DNA of 64,000 nucleotides, from NCBI GenBank assembly GCA_964418185.1, contig CAYQKL010000001.1, positions 64,409 to 128,408 on the forward strand, in the 5' to 3' direction. How positions within the stretch are numbered: position 1 is the first letter of the stretch; each line of letters begins with the position of its first letter. The notes under the pieces were generated by a model. That model saw nothing but the letters and a program-made list of their open reading frames with translations, did not search any database and was not told where the DNA came from. The translations under genes and the position numbers were made by a program. This stretch comes from an uncultured bacterium. Lineage in GTDB: Bacteria > Hydrothermota > Tepidihabitantia > SM23-42 > JAOAFX01. Shown piece after piece: positions 50,214 to 60,528 of the stretch.

Positions 50214-52021
50214 AATTTCTTAACCCCAATTATCTTTTTGGGCTCATTCTTATCGCTGTTCCTATTATCATCCATCTCATCTTCAGAAAAAAATTACAAA
50301 AATTTCCTTTTTCTTCCCTGATGTTTTTGAAAAGTGCTGAGGCTTCCAGATTGAGATGGTTGAGATTGAAAGAAATCCTGATTCTGCTTATGAGGTGCTT
50401 ATTTGTCGCCTCGCTCTTCCTTGCCCTTGCCCGCCCCCAGTATCAGGGTAGAATATTCAGGGGCAGTCGTCTTGCTGCTGTCTATTTGGTTATTGACAAT
50501 TCATTAAGTATGAACTATGGCAAAAACTTTAAAGCGGCACTCGATCAGGCAGAAAAGATTATCACCGCCTATTCATCCAAGAGTATGTTTTATGTTATTC
50601 CCCTATGTGTCCAAAATGATTACAAACCTTTCTGGAGTAATAGAATCTCTGCACTCAATAGGATAAAAGAAATACGGTTGTCAAATTCCACTGGTTCAAT
50701 AAAGGATCTATACGAGAAATTTGCCCGGGAAAAGACTGAACTACCAGCTGAATTTGTGTATATTGGGGACGGTCAGACAATCAATTTTCGCGGTCTTGAA
50801 ACAGTGAATAATTTCTACTGGATAAAAATACCTCTGGGTAGCAATGTTGCCATTGAATACGTTGAATTAAAAAATCCTTATTCAATCCCCACAGACAATT
50901 ATGAAATGAAGGTGAAAATAAAAAATTATTCAGGTGGCTCTTATCAAGGTAAGGTTCAAGTTATTGCTGGCAGTCTTTTTCAACAGAAGGAATATAACAT
51001 ACCACCAATGCAAGACCTGATAACCGTCTTCTCCTTACCAGTTAACATTCAAAACGGTGTAGTGAAGATTGACAATGACAGTCTACCAGTTGACAATCAA
51101 TATTACTTTTCAAAATCTCTTCTATTTAGAATAAATGTGCTGGTTGTTGGCAATGGGAAATATATAAAACTTGTCTTGTCCCCTTCAACCACAATTAAAA
51201 CGCCATTCAAAATTGAACATACTACAGATTTGAAAAAAGTAAACCTTGGTCCACATCAAATCATTTTGCTCAACGGTATTGAAGAAATCACAGAATTTGA
51301 AAGACTGAAATTGCTTAATTTTCTCACGCAATCACGAAACGGTTTGATAATCTGTCTGGGACCGAAAACCGGACCCCAATTGAAGAACTTTCTAACTGAC
51401 TGTGGCGATATTAAAGGTTTGGTCAATATAGATGGCTATCTAAACATCAAATGGTATGATACAGATTATCCACCATTCTATGTTTTCCAGGACAACCCCG
51501 GATTGAAGACTATCAAGTTCTTCAGGTTATGTCAGATGATCCCGCGTGGACGGGTTCTGGCACTACTAAATAATGATATGCCATTAATCATCAATCATAA
51601 CAACCTTACAGTCCTCACAACAGAATTGAATGAAAGTAGTACAGATCTCATTTACAACCCGAACTTTGTACCGCTATTACATTCACTCATTTATGGATTG
51701 ACGAACAAACATATTGATAATGAATTCAGAATTGGAGATAGGGTTTTACGACCTGATTTGATCCGAGATCCAGATGGCGAAATCTTGTCTGATAGTATTC
51801 TCTCAAAAATAGGATTTTATACCGTTAGCAAGGAAACACTTGCGGTTAATATCGACCCGGTTGAAAGCAATCCTGCCACCATAACGCCACAGATGGCAGA
51901 CAATCTGGGGATAAAGACAATAACCATTGAATCATTGAAGGGACCAGCCGATATGAGCACCTCTTTTCTGATCATTGCCCTCTGTGCCTTTGTCTGTGAA
52001 CTGCTCTTTTTGTTATTATAG
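50210..52021 (+). CDS. BatA-like membrane protein: N-terminal double-TM domain (TIGR02226-like) plus vWA domain
   Basis: MKFLNPNYLFGLILIAVPIIIHL N-terminal signature; MIDAS-like VIDNSLSM; C-terminal TM. Confidence 0.6.
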   Translation: MKFLNPNYLFGLILIAVPIIIHLIFRKKLQKFPFSSLMFLKSAEASRLRWLRLKEILILLMRCLFVASLFLALARPQYQGRIFRGSRLAAVYLVIDNSLSMNYGKNFKAALDQAEKIITAYSSKSMFYVIPLCVQNDYKPFWSNRISALNRIKEIRLSNSTGSIKDLYEKFAREKTELPAEFVYIGDGQTINFRGLETVNNFYWIKIPLGSNVAIEYVELKNPYSIPTDNYEMKVKIKNYSGGSYQGKVQVIAGSLFQQKEYNIPPMQDLITVFSLPVNIQNGVVKIDNDSLPVDNQYYFSKSLLFRINVLVVGNGKYIKLVLSPSTTIKTPFKIEHTTDLKKVNLGPHQIILLNGIEEITEFERLKLLNFLTQSRNGLIICLGPKTGPQLKNFLTDCGDIKGLVNIDGYLNIKWYDTDYPPFYVFQDNPGLKTIKFFRLCQMIPRGRVLALLNNDMPLIINHNNLTVLTTELNESSTDLIYNPNFVPLLHSLIYGLTNKHIDNEFRIGDRVLRPDLIRDPDGEILSDSILSKIGFYTVSKETLAVNIDPVESNPATITPQMADNLGIKTITIESLKGPADMSTSFLIIALCAFVCELLFLLL

Positions 52022-52022
52022 A

Positions 52023-52937
52023 TTAATAAACCAGCACCTTAAGACGCTGAGGGCTGATGTGCACAGGAGTCATAAATTCGGGCAGGACAATTTCAGGTGG
52101 AAGAAAATACTCACCGTTAACAAGGTCTGTAGTTTTTATACAGGCACTAATATCTTCTCTTTTTAAATCGTTAAGCCGGCTACGGGCACCCAGGATAATA
52201 ACCGTATCTATCTCCTGAACTGAGACCCAGGTTCTCTGCCCTGAATTCCTTACTACACTTAATGAGACATTCGTGAATACCTTTTGCGCCGATGAATCTA
52301 TCAATACCCTGACACTCACATTTTCTGAAGAAAATCTTACCAGCCCGGATACCGGCTCAAATTTCAAGTTTCTTTCAAATGTTGCTGACTGATTCTTTAT
52401 ATCTAACGATTCAACATTTACTTCATTCAACTTCTGCAGGATTTTTCTCGGTCCTGTTACCAAAATTGTATCGAGCAGTTCAATCGCAGCAATAGAAAAT
52501 CCGCCCTTCAGAACACCCTTGAGTGGAATTGATGGCTTCGCGGGTTTGGTAATCTTTTCATCAACCTCAACATTAACAAATCTTAACCCATAGTCTATCG
52601 AAACATCCTTCACGGGTATAACAAAATCCTTTGTAGAAATGACATTCTTACCCGGAACCACCTCAGAAAGGTTACATTCTGCCACTGGTGGTTTTATCCA
52701 GATTCCAAATAAGAACCTTCCTTTTCCATTGAAAGAAACCCTCAATTTCGGAATAGAATCTGTGACGATATATGTATCAGGTAGATTTCTGTAATTAATT
52801 GATATCTCGCGCTCATAACTATATATTCCATCAATTGCCACAAAAAGCCACAGCCCAAATGCGAGTATCAATGATAGGATCTTGCGCGCCGGCTCTACTG
52901 TAAAAAATCTTACAAATAATTTCAGGATTTTAAGCAT
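52023..52937 (-). CDS. YbbR-like domain protein (CdaR-like)
   Basis: N-terminal TM plus repeated YbbR-like beta-rich segments; assignment by pattern only. Confidence 0.4.
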   Translation of the reverse strand: MLKILKLFVRFFTVEPARKILSLILAFGLWLFVAIDGIYSYEREISINYRNLPDTYIVTDSIPKLRVSFNGKGRFLFGIWIKPPVAECNLSEVVPGKNVISTKDFVIPVKDVSIDYGLRFVNVEVDEKITKPAKPSIPLKGVLKGGFSIAAIELLDTILVTGPRKILQKLNEVNVESLDIKNQSATFERNLKFEPVSGLVRFSSENVSVRVLIDSSAQKVFTNVSLSVVRNSGQRTWVSVQEIDTVIILGARSRLNDLKREDISACIKTTDLVNGEYFLPPEIVLPEFMTPVHISPQRLKVLVY

Positions 52938-53827
52938 AGAAATACCATTATGCCCTTCTGTATGTGCAGACGGTTTTCTGCCTGGTCATAGACAATTGAA
53001 TGTGAACCATCAATCACCTCATCAGTAATCTCCTCACCCCGGTGTGCGGGCAGACAGTGCATCACAATATAATCATCTTTTCTCACATTTTTCAGAAGTT
53101 TGCTGTTCAACTGAAAGGATTTGAAAATTTCTTTCCGTTGTTCTGCCTCTGCCTCCTGGCCCATTGAAGCCCAGACATCCGTATAGATAACATCTGCCCC
53201 TATAACTGCATCTATCGGATTACTGGTCCACCTTGCATTCGCTGCCTTTTTTAAGTAATCTTTGTTTGGCTCATAACCGTCCGGTGTTGCAATATTCAAT
53301 TTGAAACCGAGCAATGTTGATGCAGCAACGAAAGAATTGCATACATTATTGCCATCACCAATATAGGTTAAGGTCACTTTATCCAGACTACCCTTTTTCT
53401 CAATGACCGTAAAAAGGTCACAGAGTATCTGACAGGGATGTTCAAGATCACACAGGCCATTTATCACTGGAACACTGGCATTTTCAGCCAGTTCTCTAAT
53501 ATGTTTGTGACTGAATACCCTGGCCATAATTATATCTACCCACCGGGACAGATTCTTTGCCACATCTTTTACTGCCTCTCTTTTTCCAAGTTGAATATCC
53601 GTCGGCGCAAGGTATATGGCATGACCGCCAAGCTGAGTCATCCCGGTCTCAAAAGTTACCCTTGTCCTCAATGATGGTTTTTCAAAGATCATTGCCAGAG
53701 TCTTATCCTTCAAAATCTTGTGTTCAATGCCCTTTTTCTGCTTATCTTTTAACTCTCGGGTAATATCAAAGATCTTATATATTTCTTCCCGACTCAGGTC
53801 AAAGATTGAAGTTAAATCTCTTTTCAT
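52922..53827 (-). CDS. argF: ornithine carbamoyltransferase
   Basis: SLRTRVTFE (STRTR motif) and HCLPAHRGEE (HCLP motif). Confidence 0.8.
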   Translation of the reverse strand: MKRDLTSIFDLSREEIYKIFDITRELKDKQKKGIEHKILKDKTLAMIFEKPSLRTRVTFETGMTQLGGHAIYLAPTDIQLGKREAVKDVAKNLSRWVDIIMARVFSHKHIRELAENASVPVINGLCDLEHPCQILCDLFTVIEKKGSLDKVTLTYIGDGNNVCNSFVAASTLLGFKLNIATPDGYEPNKDYLKKAANARWTSNPIDAVIGADVIYTDVWASMGQEAEAEQRKEIFKSFQLNSKLLKNVRKDDYIVMHCLPAHRGEEITDEVIDGSHSIVYDQAENRLHIQKGIMVFLCLKS

Positions 53828-53967
53828 AATTTCTACTCCTATTTTCTTAATTATATAAAATTCTCCAGAAAAATCAATATTCGCTTAGTACAGGATACAT
53901 CTTTTTTATTTCTTTCCGGGGTAATTTACCCAACATTTTGGACTCTACTTAACTCTGCTACGACCCA

Positions 53968-53995
53968 TTGACAAAACAAAAAAATGCTTTATAAT
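53968..53995 (+). promoter_or_regulatory. sigma70 consensus promoter TTGACA-N16-TATAAT, 6 nt upstream of the thrS ATG (leaderless)
   Basis: Exact hexamers at 53968-53973 and 53990-53995; ATG at 54002. Confidence 0.5.
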
Positions 53996-54001
53996 TGACC
54001 T

Positions 54002-55900
54002 ATGTTGAAGATCAAACTTAACGATAGCATAATGGAAGTTGAAGCAGGCAAGAAGATTGTGGAACTGATGAAGGATAAGAACTATATTGCAGCACGAATC
54101 AATGGAGAATTGAAAGACCTTAGCACCTCAATCAACGAGAATTGTGAAATAGAATTGATTGGTTTCAATGAACCAGAAGGTCAGCAGATATTCTGGCATT
54201 CAACTTCCCATATAATGGCAATGGCAGTTAAGGCATTATTCCCCGATGCCAAATTGGCAATTGGCCCTGCAATTGACCAGGGTTTTTACTATGATTTTGA
54301 CCGACCCACCCCATTTACAACCGAAGAACTTGCAAAGATTGAAGAAAAAATGGTAGAGATTATCAAAGAGGATATACCTTTTGAACGAATCGTTATGACG
54401 AAAGAGGCAGTTATTGAATTTTTCTCCCGTCGTAGTGAGTATTATAAAGTAGAACTTGTGCGCGAAATCAACGATAAAGAAATAAGCCTTTATCGCAATG
54501 GAGAATTTGTTGATCTGTGCCGGGGACCACACATACCGAGGACCGGGCTTGTGAAGGCATTTAAACTTCTGAGTGTTGCAGGCGCTTACTGGCGTGGCGA
54601 TTCACGCCTGCCAATGCTATCAAGGATATATGGCATATCCTTCACTTCCCAGGACCAATTGAAGAACTATCTGCATAAACTTGAAGAAGCACAGAAAAGG
54701 GACCATCGCAAACTCGGTGCAGAACTGGAACTATTTTCAATCTTTGATGAAGCAGGTGCAGGTCTGGTCTTCTGGCACCCGAAAGGAACAATCATCAAAA
54801 GGCTCATTGAGGATTACTGGATAAAACAACACCTGAAAAATGGTTATGAAATAATTGCCACCCCACATATTGCCCGAAGCAATCTCTGGCAGACCTCAGG
54901 CCATTATGATTTCTATCGAGACAAAATGTTCACCCTGCCCGTTGAAAATGAAGAATATGTGCTCAAACCGATGAACTGTCCAGGTCATATTTTGATCTAT
55001 AAATCAAAAGTCAGAAGTTATAAAGAGTTACCTATAAAATATGCAGAACTGGCAACGGTCTACAGGAACGAACTCTCCGGAACCCTGCATGGCTTGCTGA
55101 GGGTAAGGGGCTTTACCCAGGACGATGCCCATATCTTCTGCCGTCCTGATCAGATTGAAGAAGAGATCATCAAAATCTTGCAATTGACCTTAACAATATT
55201 CAAGAAATATGGTTTCAGTGATTACCAGGTAAACCTATCAGTGCGTGACCCAAAGGAAAAGGAAAAGTTTATGGGTTCAGATGAAGAATGGCAAAGGGCA
55301 GAGAATGGATTGATATCAGCCCTGAAAAAGGTCAATCTCTCATATAAGGTTCAGTTGGGTGAAGCAGTATTTTATGGTCCGAAGATTGATATCAATATCC
55401 TTGATGCCCTGGGGCGCGCCTGGCAGGCGACAACGGTTCAGTTTGATTTTAATCTGCCCAAAAGATTCAACATTGAATATATGGATGCAAAAGGACAGCA
55501 TAAAGAAGTTGTGGTGATACACCGGGCACTGTATGGTTCACTGGAAAGGTTTATCGGCACCCTGATTGAGCACTATGCGGGCGCATTTCCGTTCTGGCTT
55601 GCACCGGTCCAGGTCGTTATAATGCCCATCACTGACAAAGAAAACACCTATGCCCGGGATGTTTTTAATCGCGCTTTGAAACACGGTTTAAGGGCAGAAT
55701 TGAATAGTAAGTCTATGAAAATAAACTATCGAATTAGAGAAGCAGAAGTCAAAAAGGTTCCATATATACTTGTCATTGGTCAACGCGAAGTTGAGAAAAA
55801 AACCATTTCTGTAAGAAAAAGGGGTCGTGGAGACCTCGGTGAAATGAAATTAAAGGATTTTTTCAATTTGTGTGACTCAGAACAAGGGGGTGAAGATTAA
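54002..55900 (+). CDS. thrS: threonine--tRNA ligase
   Basis: 632 aa; N-terminal TGS domain, class II core motifs and C-terminal anticodon-binding domain. Confidence 0.9.
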   Translation: MLKIKLNDSIMEVEAGKKIVELMKDKNYIAARINGELKDLSTSINENCEIELIGFNEPEGQQIFWHSTSHIMAMAVKALFPDAKLAIGPAIDQGFYYDFDRPTPFTTEELAKIEEKMVEIIKEDIPFERIVMTKEAVIEFFSRRSEYYKVELVREINDKEISLYRNGEFVDLCRGPHIPRTGLVKAFKLLSVAGAYWRGDSRLPMLSRIYGISFTSQDQLKNYLHKLEEAQKRDHRKLGAELELFSIFDEAGAGLVFWHPKGTIIKRLIEDYWIKQHLKNGYEIIATPHIARSNLWQTSGHYDFYRDKMFTLPVENEEYVLKPMNCPGHILIYKSKVRSYKELPIKYAELATVYRNELSGTLHGLLRVRGFTQDDAHIFCRPDQIEEEIIKILQLTLTIFKKYGFSDYQVNLSVRDPKEKEKFMGSDEEWQRAENGLISALKKVNLSYKVQLGEAVFYGPKIDINILDALGRAWQATTVQFDFNLPKRFNIEYMDAKGQHKEVVVIHRALYGSLERFIGTLIEHYAGAFPFWLAPVQVVIMPITDKENTYARDVFNRALKHGLRAELNSKSMKINYRIREAEVKKVPYILVIGQREVEKKTISVRKRGRGDLGEMKLKDFFNLCDSEQGGED

Positions 55901-56426
55901 GAATCTACCAAGAGTCAATAATGAAATAAGAACCGAAAAGGTCAAACTGGTGGATGAAAATCGTCAGTATATGGGGATATTTGATACTGCAATTGCCCTG
56001 CGCATTGCCCGTGAGCACGGGCTTGATCTCGTGGAAGTCGCACCTGACGCCCAACCGCCAGTATGCCGTTTGATGAATTTCGGCCGCTATGTATATGAGA
56101 AAAAAAGACAGGAACGGGAATCAAGAAAACACCAACATCAAACTCAAGTTAGAGAAATGAGGATGTCAATGAAGATATCAGACCACGATTATCAGGTTAA
56201 AATGAACAAAATCAAGGAATTCCTGGAAAAGGGCGATCGGGTAAAGGTCAAACTAAGGCTACGGGGTAGGGAACTCATCCATGCACACATAGGTATGAAT
56301 CTGGTAGAAAGGGTAATCAATGATCTCAAGGAAATTGCAAAAGAAGAGGCACCGCCTAAACAGGAAGAACAGATTATCTTTGTTACCTTGATTCCACAAA
56401 AAACTAAGAAGGAGAGTAAACAATGA
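55872..56426 (+). CDS. infC: translation initiation factor IF-3
   Basis: IF3 N- and C-domain sequence (NNEIRTEKVKLVDENRQYMGI...PPVCRLMNFGRYVYE). The likely true start is ATT at 55896, overlapping the thrS TAA and preceded by AAGGGGG. Confidence 0.8.
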   Translation: MTQNKGVKIKNLPRVNNEIRTEKVKLVDENRQYMGIFDTAIALRIAREHGLDLVEVAPDAQPPVCRLMNFGRYVYEKKRQERESRKHQHQTQVREMRMSMKISDHDYQVKMNKIKEFLEKGDRVKVKLRLRGRELIHAHIGMNLVERVINDLKEIAKEEAPPKQEEQIIFVTLIPQKTKKESKQ

Positions 56427-56611
56427 AAAAACTGAAATCAAAAAGAGGTTGGTTAAAACGGATTAAAATGAAAAAGAATGGTAAGATTCTCCGCTGGAAA
56501 TCAGGAAAAAGGCATCTCTTGACCGGTAAATCACGAAAGCGTAAGAGAAGATTGTCCAAACTGACCCCGGTATCCAAATCCGACTTAAAGAGATACAAGG
56601 ATTTTAGATAA
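56423..56611 (+). CDS. rpmI: 50S ribosomal protein L35
   Basis: 62 aa, very basic, MKKLKSKRG... L35 pattern; ATGA overlap with infC. Confidence 0.85.
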   Translation: MKKLKSKRGWLKRIKMKKNGKILRWKSGKRHLLTGKSRKRKRRLSKLTPVSKSDLKRYKDFR

Positions 56612-56675
56612 TCTATACAATTTATAAGAAATGTCCTCTGAAAGTTATGGTAGACTATGATTTACCCCGTGATAC

Positions 56676-56703
56676 TTGACAGAATTTATAATATGATTAT
56701 AAT
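56676..56703 (+). promoter_or_regulatory. sigma70 consensus promoter TTGACA-N16-TATAAT upstream of rplT
   Basis: Exact hexamers at 56676-56681 and 56698-56703; ~65-nt leader with AAAGGAGAA RBS before the ATG at 56774. Confidence 0.5.
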
Positions 56704-56773
56704 CTCTGGATAGGTCTGAACTTTATTAATTTCAGGCAATATAGAGCAATTTATAGAGAAAGGAGAATAATAG

Positions 56774-57130
56774 ATGCCAAGAACAAAGAATGCACCGTAT
56801 ACGAGAAAACGCCGAAAAAAATGGCTTAAGGCAGCAAAAGGTTACTGGGGTGCAAAGCACCGCCTTTACAAAACTGCTCGCATACAGGTGATGAAGGCAT
56901 GGCTTTCTGCCTATAAAGAACGGAAACGAAAGAAAAGGGTCTTCAGGGCATTATGGATTACAAGGATAAATGCGGCATTGCGCGAAAAGGGCCTGAAATA
57001 CTCAGAATTTATGAATATGTTGAAAAAGAATAGTATTAATATAAACCGCAAAACCCTGGCAATGCTTGCCTATGAACATCCTGAAGAATTCAATTCCTTG
57101 ATTGATGCCTGCAAAATTGCCCAGTCATAG
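56774..57130 (+). CDS. rplT: 50S ribosomal protein L20
   Basis: 118 aa; MPRTKNAPYTRKRRKK... L20 signature. Confidence 0.9.
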   Translation: MPRTKNAPYTRKRRKKWLKAAKGYWGAKHRLYKTARIQVMKAWLSAYKERKRKKRVFRALWITRINAALREKGLKYSEFMNMLKKNSININRKTLAMLAYEHPEEFNSLIDACKIAQS

Positions 57131-57141
57131 AAAAAAGTGGC

Positions 57142-58149
57142 TTGAAAATGGATAAGAAGCTTACTGATATTAGATCGACCATTGATAAAGAATTGAGCAA
57201 TATCAATGACCTGAAGGCACTTGATGCCTTCAGAATTCGCTATTTAGGTAGAAAGGGCATACTGAACGAACTCATAAAAGAACTTGTGAAACTACCTGTA
57301 GAAGACCGAAGAAGGATAGGCAATGAGATAAATCTTTTGAAATCAAGATTGAATGAGATCTTAAACACCCGTCAGACAGAATTGAGTCAGACCGCCATTC
57401 CCGGGGTTGACCCCCTGCTTCCGGGCAGAATGGCATATGTTGGTCATCGTCATCCCCTCTCATTGATCCTGGATGAAATTGAATCATTTTTTGAAAATCT
57501 TGGATTTGTTGTGGCTTCAGGTCCTGAAATTGAATATGACTGGTACAATTTTGAGGCATTGAATATTCCAAAAGACCACCCGGCGCGTGACAACTTCTCA
57601 AGTCTATACATTTCAGATGAACTCCTCTTAAGAAGCCACACATCTCCGGTTCAGATAAGGGTAATGGAAAAGACTAAACCACCGATTAAGATTATCTGCC
57701 CGGGAAGGTGTTATCGGTTTGATCCATTTGACCCGAGTCATTCACCGGTCTTTCATCAGGTTGAAGTACTATATGTTGATAAAGGAGTTTCATTCGGCGA
57801 ATTGAAATGGCTCCTCAGTGAGTTTGTAAAACATATATTTGGTCCAAAGACAAAATACGAATTAAGACCGAGTTTCTTTCCTTTTACTGAACCGTCTGGC
57901 GAACTTGCCATAAGTTGTTCTGTTTGTCAGGGCGAAGGCTGTCCGGTCTGTGGGAATACGGGCTGGCTTGAGATGCTTGGCTGTGGTATGGTCCATCCCC
58001 AGGTTCTAAAGAATGTCAAAATCTCACCAAAAGAATATTCTGGCTATGCCCTGGGAATGGGTATTGAGCGGGTGGCGATGATTAAATATCTGATTGATGA
58101 TATAAGGGTATTTTATAACAATGACATAAGATTTCTGGAGCAGTTTTGA
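57142..58149 (+). CDS. pheS: phenylalanine--tRNA ligase alpha subunit
   Basis: 335 aa; class II motifs (FRPSFFPFTEPS, GMGIERVAM). Confidence 0.9.
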   Translation: MKMDKKLTDIRSTIDKELSNINDLKALDAFRIRYLGRKGILNELIKELVKLPVEDRRRIGNEINLLKSRLNEILNTRQTELSQTAIPGVDPLLPGRMAYVGHRHPLSLILDEIESFFENLGFVVASGPEIEYDWYNFEALNIPKDHPARDNFSSLYISDELLLRSHTSPVQIRVMEKTKPPIKIICPGRCYRFDPFDPSHSPVFHQVEVLYVDKGVSFGELKWLLSEFVKHIFGPKTKYELRPSFFPFTEPSGELAISCSVCQGEGCPVCGNTGWLEMLGCGMVHPQVLKNVKISPKEYSGYALGMGIERVAMIKYLIDDIRVFYNNDIRFLEQF

Positions 58150-58206
58150 ATATGGTTATACAGACAGTAGAAACGATGGCCCGGTTTGAAAAACCCAGGA
58201 GTATGA

Positions 58207-60528
58207 ATGTTAGTTTCAATTAAATGGCTTGAGGAGTTGCTCAATACAAAACTTGATGTGGAAGTGCTGAAAAAGGCAGCGAATAATCTTGGTATGGAAG
58301 TGGTTCAGGAATACAGGTATTGTCCGGGCGAAATTGTCATTGGAAGAATTCAAAAGATGACTCCCCATCCGAACCTGAAGAATTTGAATATCCTGGATAT
58401 AAAAACCACTGCCCATCACCAAATTGTTACCTCAGCCGCAAACATAAAGTTAAATGACCTTGTCTTTGTGGTTCCCACCGGCAAAAAGTTCAAAGACCAG
58501 ATAGTTGGCGAAAGGGATTTCAATGGTGTCAAATCTAATGGAATGCTGGTAAGTGAAGAAGAACTTGGAATTGCTGAAAAGTCAACTGGTGTTATTATTC
58601 TGGATAAAGGAACTGAAGGAAGACACTTCACTGATATCTATGACGATGTAGTATTAGATATTAAAGTCAATGCCAATCGTCCTGATCTTTTATCGGTGAT
58701 CGGACTTGCCCGGGAGTTCAGTCTTGGTCTGGACATCAAAATTCTCTGCAAAGAAAAAACTTCTACACAGACCAATCACATTGATAAATCCTGGGTAAAT
58801 ATCAAAGACCCTGATGGTTGTCCAAGATACACCGCGAGAATATTTGAAAATGTGAAAATTGCGGAATCTCCCTTTTCCACAAAATGGCGCCTGGCCTGTA
58901 TGGGAATGAAAGGTATAAATAATGTGGTTGACATTACCAATATCAATATGCTACTTTATGGCCAACCCCTGCACCCATTTGACCTTGATCTGCTGAAAGG
59001 TAGAGTGGTAATCAGACGGGCGCAAAAAAATGAGCAATTTGTAACTCTTGAAGGAACCGTCTTTAAATTGGATGAAAATGACCTGGTAATTGCGGATAAA
59101 GAAAGTCCAATTGCCCTTGCCGGCATAATTGGTGCACGGTGTTCTCAGATTACAAACTCAACCCGCCGTATCTTGCTGGAAAGTGCATTCTTTGATCCCC
59201 GACGCGTTGCCCATACCCGAAGAAGACTCGGAATACAGACTGAGGCATCAATGCGATTTGAACGGGGTGCAGATCTATCAATGGTTGATGAAGTTTCAAG
59301 GATAACTGCGGAAGACTTCAAGATCTGTGCCCATGCCCTGGAGACCAAATTCATAAGTATCGGGAAAAAAGCAAAACCCAGGATAATATCTTTATCCCGG
59401 AGCCGGATGAACACCATCCTTTCTTTAAATTTGAATACTGAAGAAATCAAAAATCTATTAAATAAATCTGACATCAAAGTAACAGGCAAGAATCAAATCA
59501 GAGCGAGCATCCCCCATTATCGCTATGACCTGCAGATTGAAGAAGATATTTATGAAGAGGTCGCAAGGATATACGGTTATATGAATATTCCTGATGTCCT
59601 GCCTGGACGCTGGGCAATAACCAGAATCCAGGATAAGACACGGAATTTTATGAAATTCCTTAAGTCCTATATGATTGGACTTGGTTTCTGTGAAACCTAT
59701 AATCTCTCACTTGTATCCAGTCAGCGACTAAATGAACTTGGCTACAGTGAGTTTGTTAAATTAAAAAATCCGCTAAATGAACGTTTTGACGCATTAAGAC
59801 CAACCTTGTTTTTAGGACTACTTGATGCAGTCAATTACAATCTCTCAAAGGGTAATTATTCACTCAAACTCTTTGAGATTGGAAATATACTCTTTAATTC
59901 TGAACCTTTCCAGGAGAGAAGACTCGCAGTCATTCTTGGTGGCGAACTCTATCCAAATTTCTGGGAAAATTCTAACAGGATGTTAAATTACTACGACGCC
60001 AAAGGAGTCGTAGAGACAACTCTTGAAGCCCTGAGAATTAAAGAAATAGAGTTCCAAGCCCACAAAATGCAGGTCTTCAGTCAGGCAGTGAAGATTGTCC
60101 ATTCTGACAAAGAACTCGGTTACTTAGGAATTATTGCACCGGAAATCTGTGAGCGAGAATTCTTCTACTTTGAGTTATCAATAGAAAAAATCCTTTCCCT
60201 GGTGAGCGAACCATTTTACATCCCACCGCCAAAATTTCCCGCAAATATTCGCGACCTTGCCTTTCTATTTGATGAAGGCACCGAAGTGCCGCGCGTTAAA
60301 AATCTGATCAGTCGCGTTGCTGGTCCAATCCTGGAGAAGGTCATACTCTTTGATTACTACAAAGGTAAAAACCTGCCCGCGGGCAAAAAAAATCTGGGGT
60401 TCAGGTTATTCTTTAAGGCACCGGACCGAACCCTTACCGACGAAGAGGTAGACAATTTCATTAAAAAAATAGTTTCTGAAGTCTCAAATAGTTTTGGGGC
60501 TATTTTAAGAACAAAGGAGACAAATTGA
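58207..60528 (+). CDS. pheT: phenylalanine--tRNA ligase beta subunit
   Basis: 773 aa; tRNA-binding, B3/B4, B5 and FDX-ACB domain pattern; SD AGGAG upstream. Confidence 0.9.
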   Translation: MLVSIKWLEELLNTKLDVEVLKKAANNLGMEVVQEYRYCPGEIVIGRIQKMTPHPNLKNLNILDIKTTAHHQIVTSAANIKLNDLVFVVPTGKKFKDQIVGERDFNGVKSNGMLVSEEELGIAEKSTGVIILDKGTEGRHFTDIYDDVVLDIKVNANRPDLLSVIGLAREFSLGLDIKILCKEKTSTQTNHIDKSWVNIKDPDGCPRYTARIFENVKIAESPFSTKWRLACMGMKGINNVVDITNINMLLYGQPLHPFDLDLLKGRVVIRRAQKNEQFVTLEGTVFKLDENDLVIADKESPIALAGIIGARCSQITNSTRRILLESAFFDPRRVAHTRRRLGIQTEASMRFERGADLSMVDEVSRITAEDFKICAHALETKFISIGKKAKPRIISLSRSRMNTILSLNLNTEEIKNLLNKSDIKVTGKNQIRASIPHYRYDLQIEEDIYEEVARIYGYMNIPDVLPGRWAITRIQDKTRNFMKFLKSYMIGLGFCETYNLSLVSSQRLNELGYSEFVKLKNPLNERFDALRPTLFLGLLDAVNYNLSKGNYSLKLFEIGNILFNSEPFQERRLAVILGGELYPNFWENSNRMLNYYDAKGVVETTLEALRIKEIEFQAHKMQVFSQAVKIVHSDKELGYLGIIAPEICEREFFYFELSIEKILSLVSEPFYIPPPKFPANIRDLAFLFDEGTEVPRVKNLISRVAGPILEKVILFDYYKGKNLPAGKKNLGFRLFFKAPDRTLTDEEVDNFIKKIVSEVSNSFGAILRTKETN

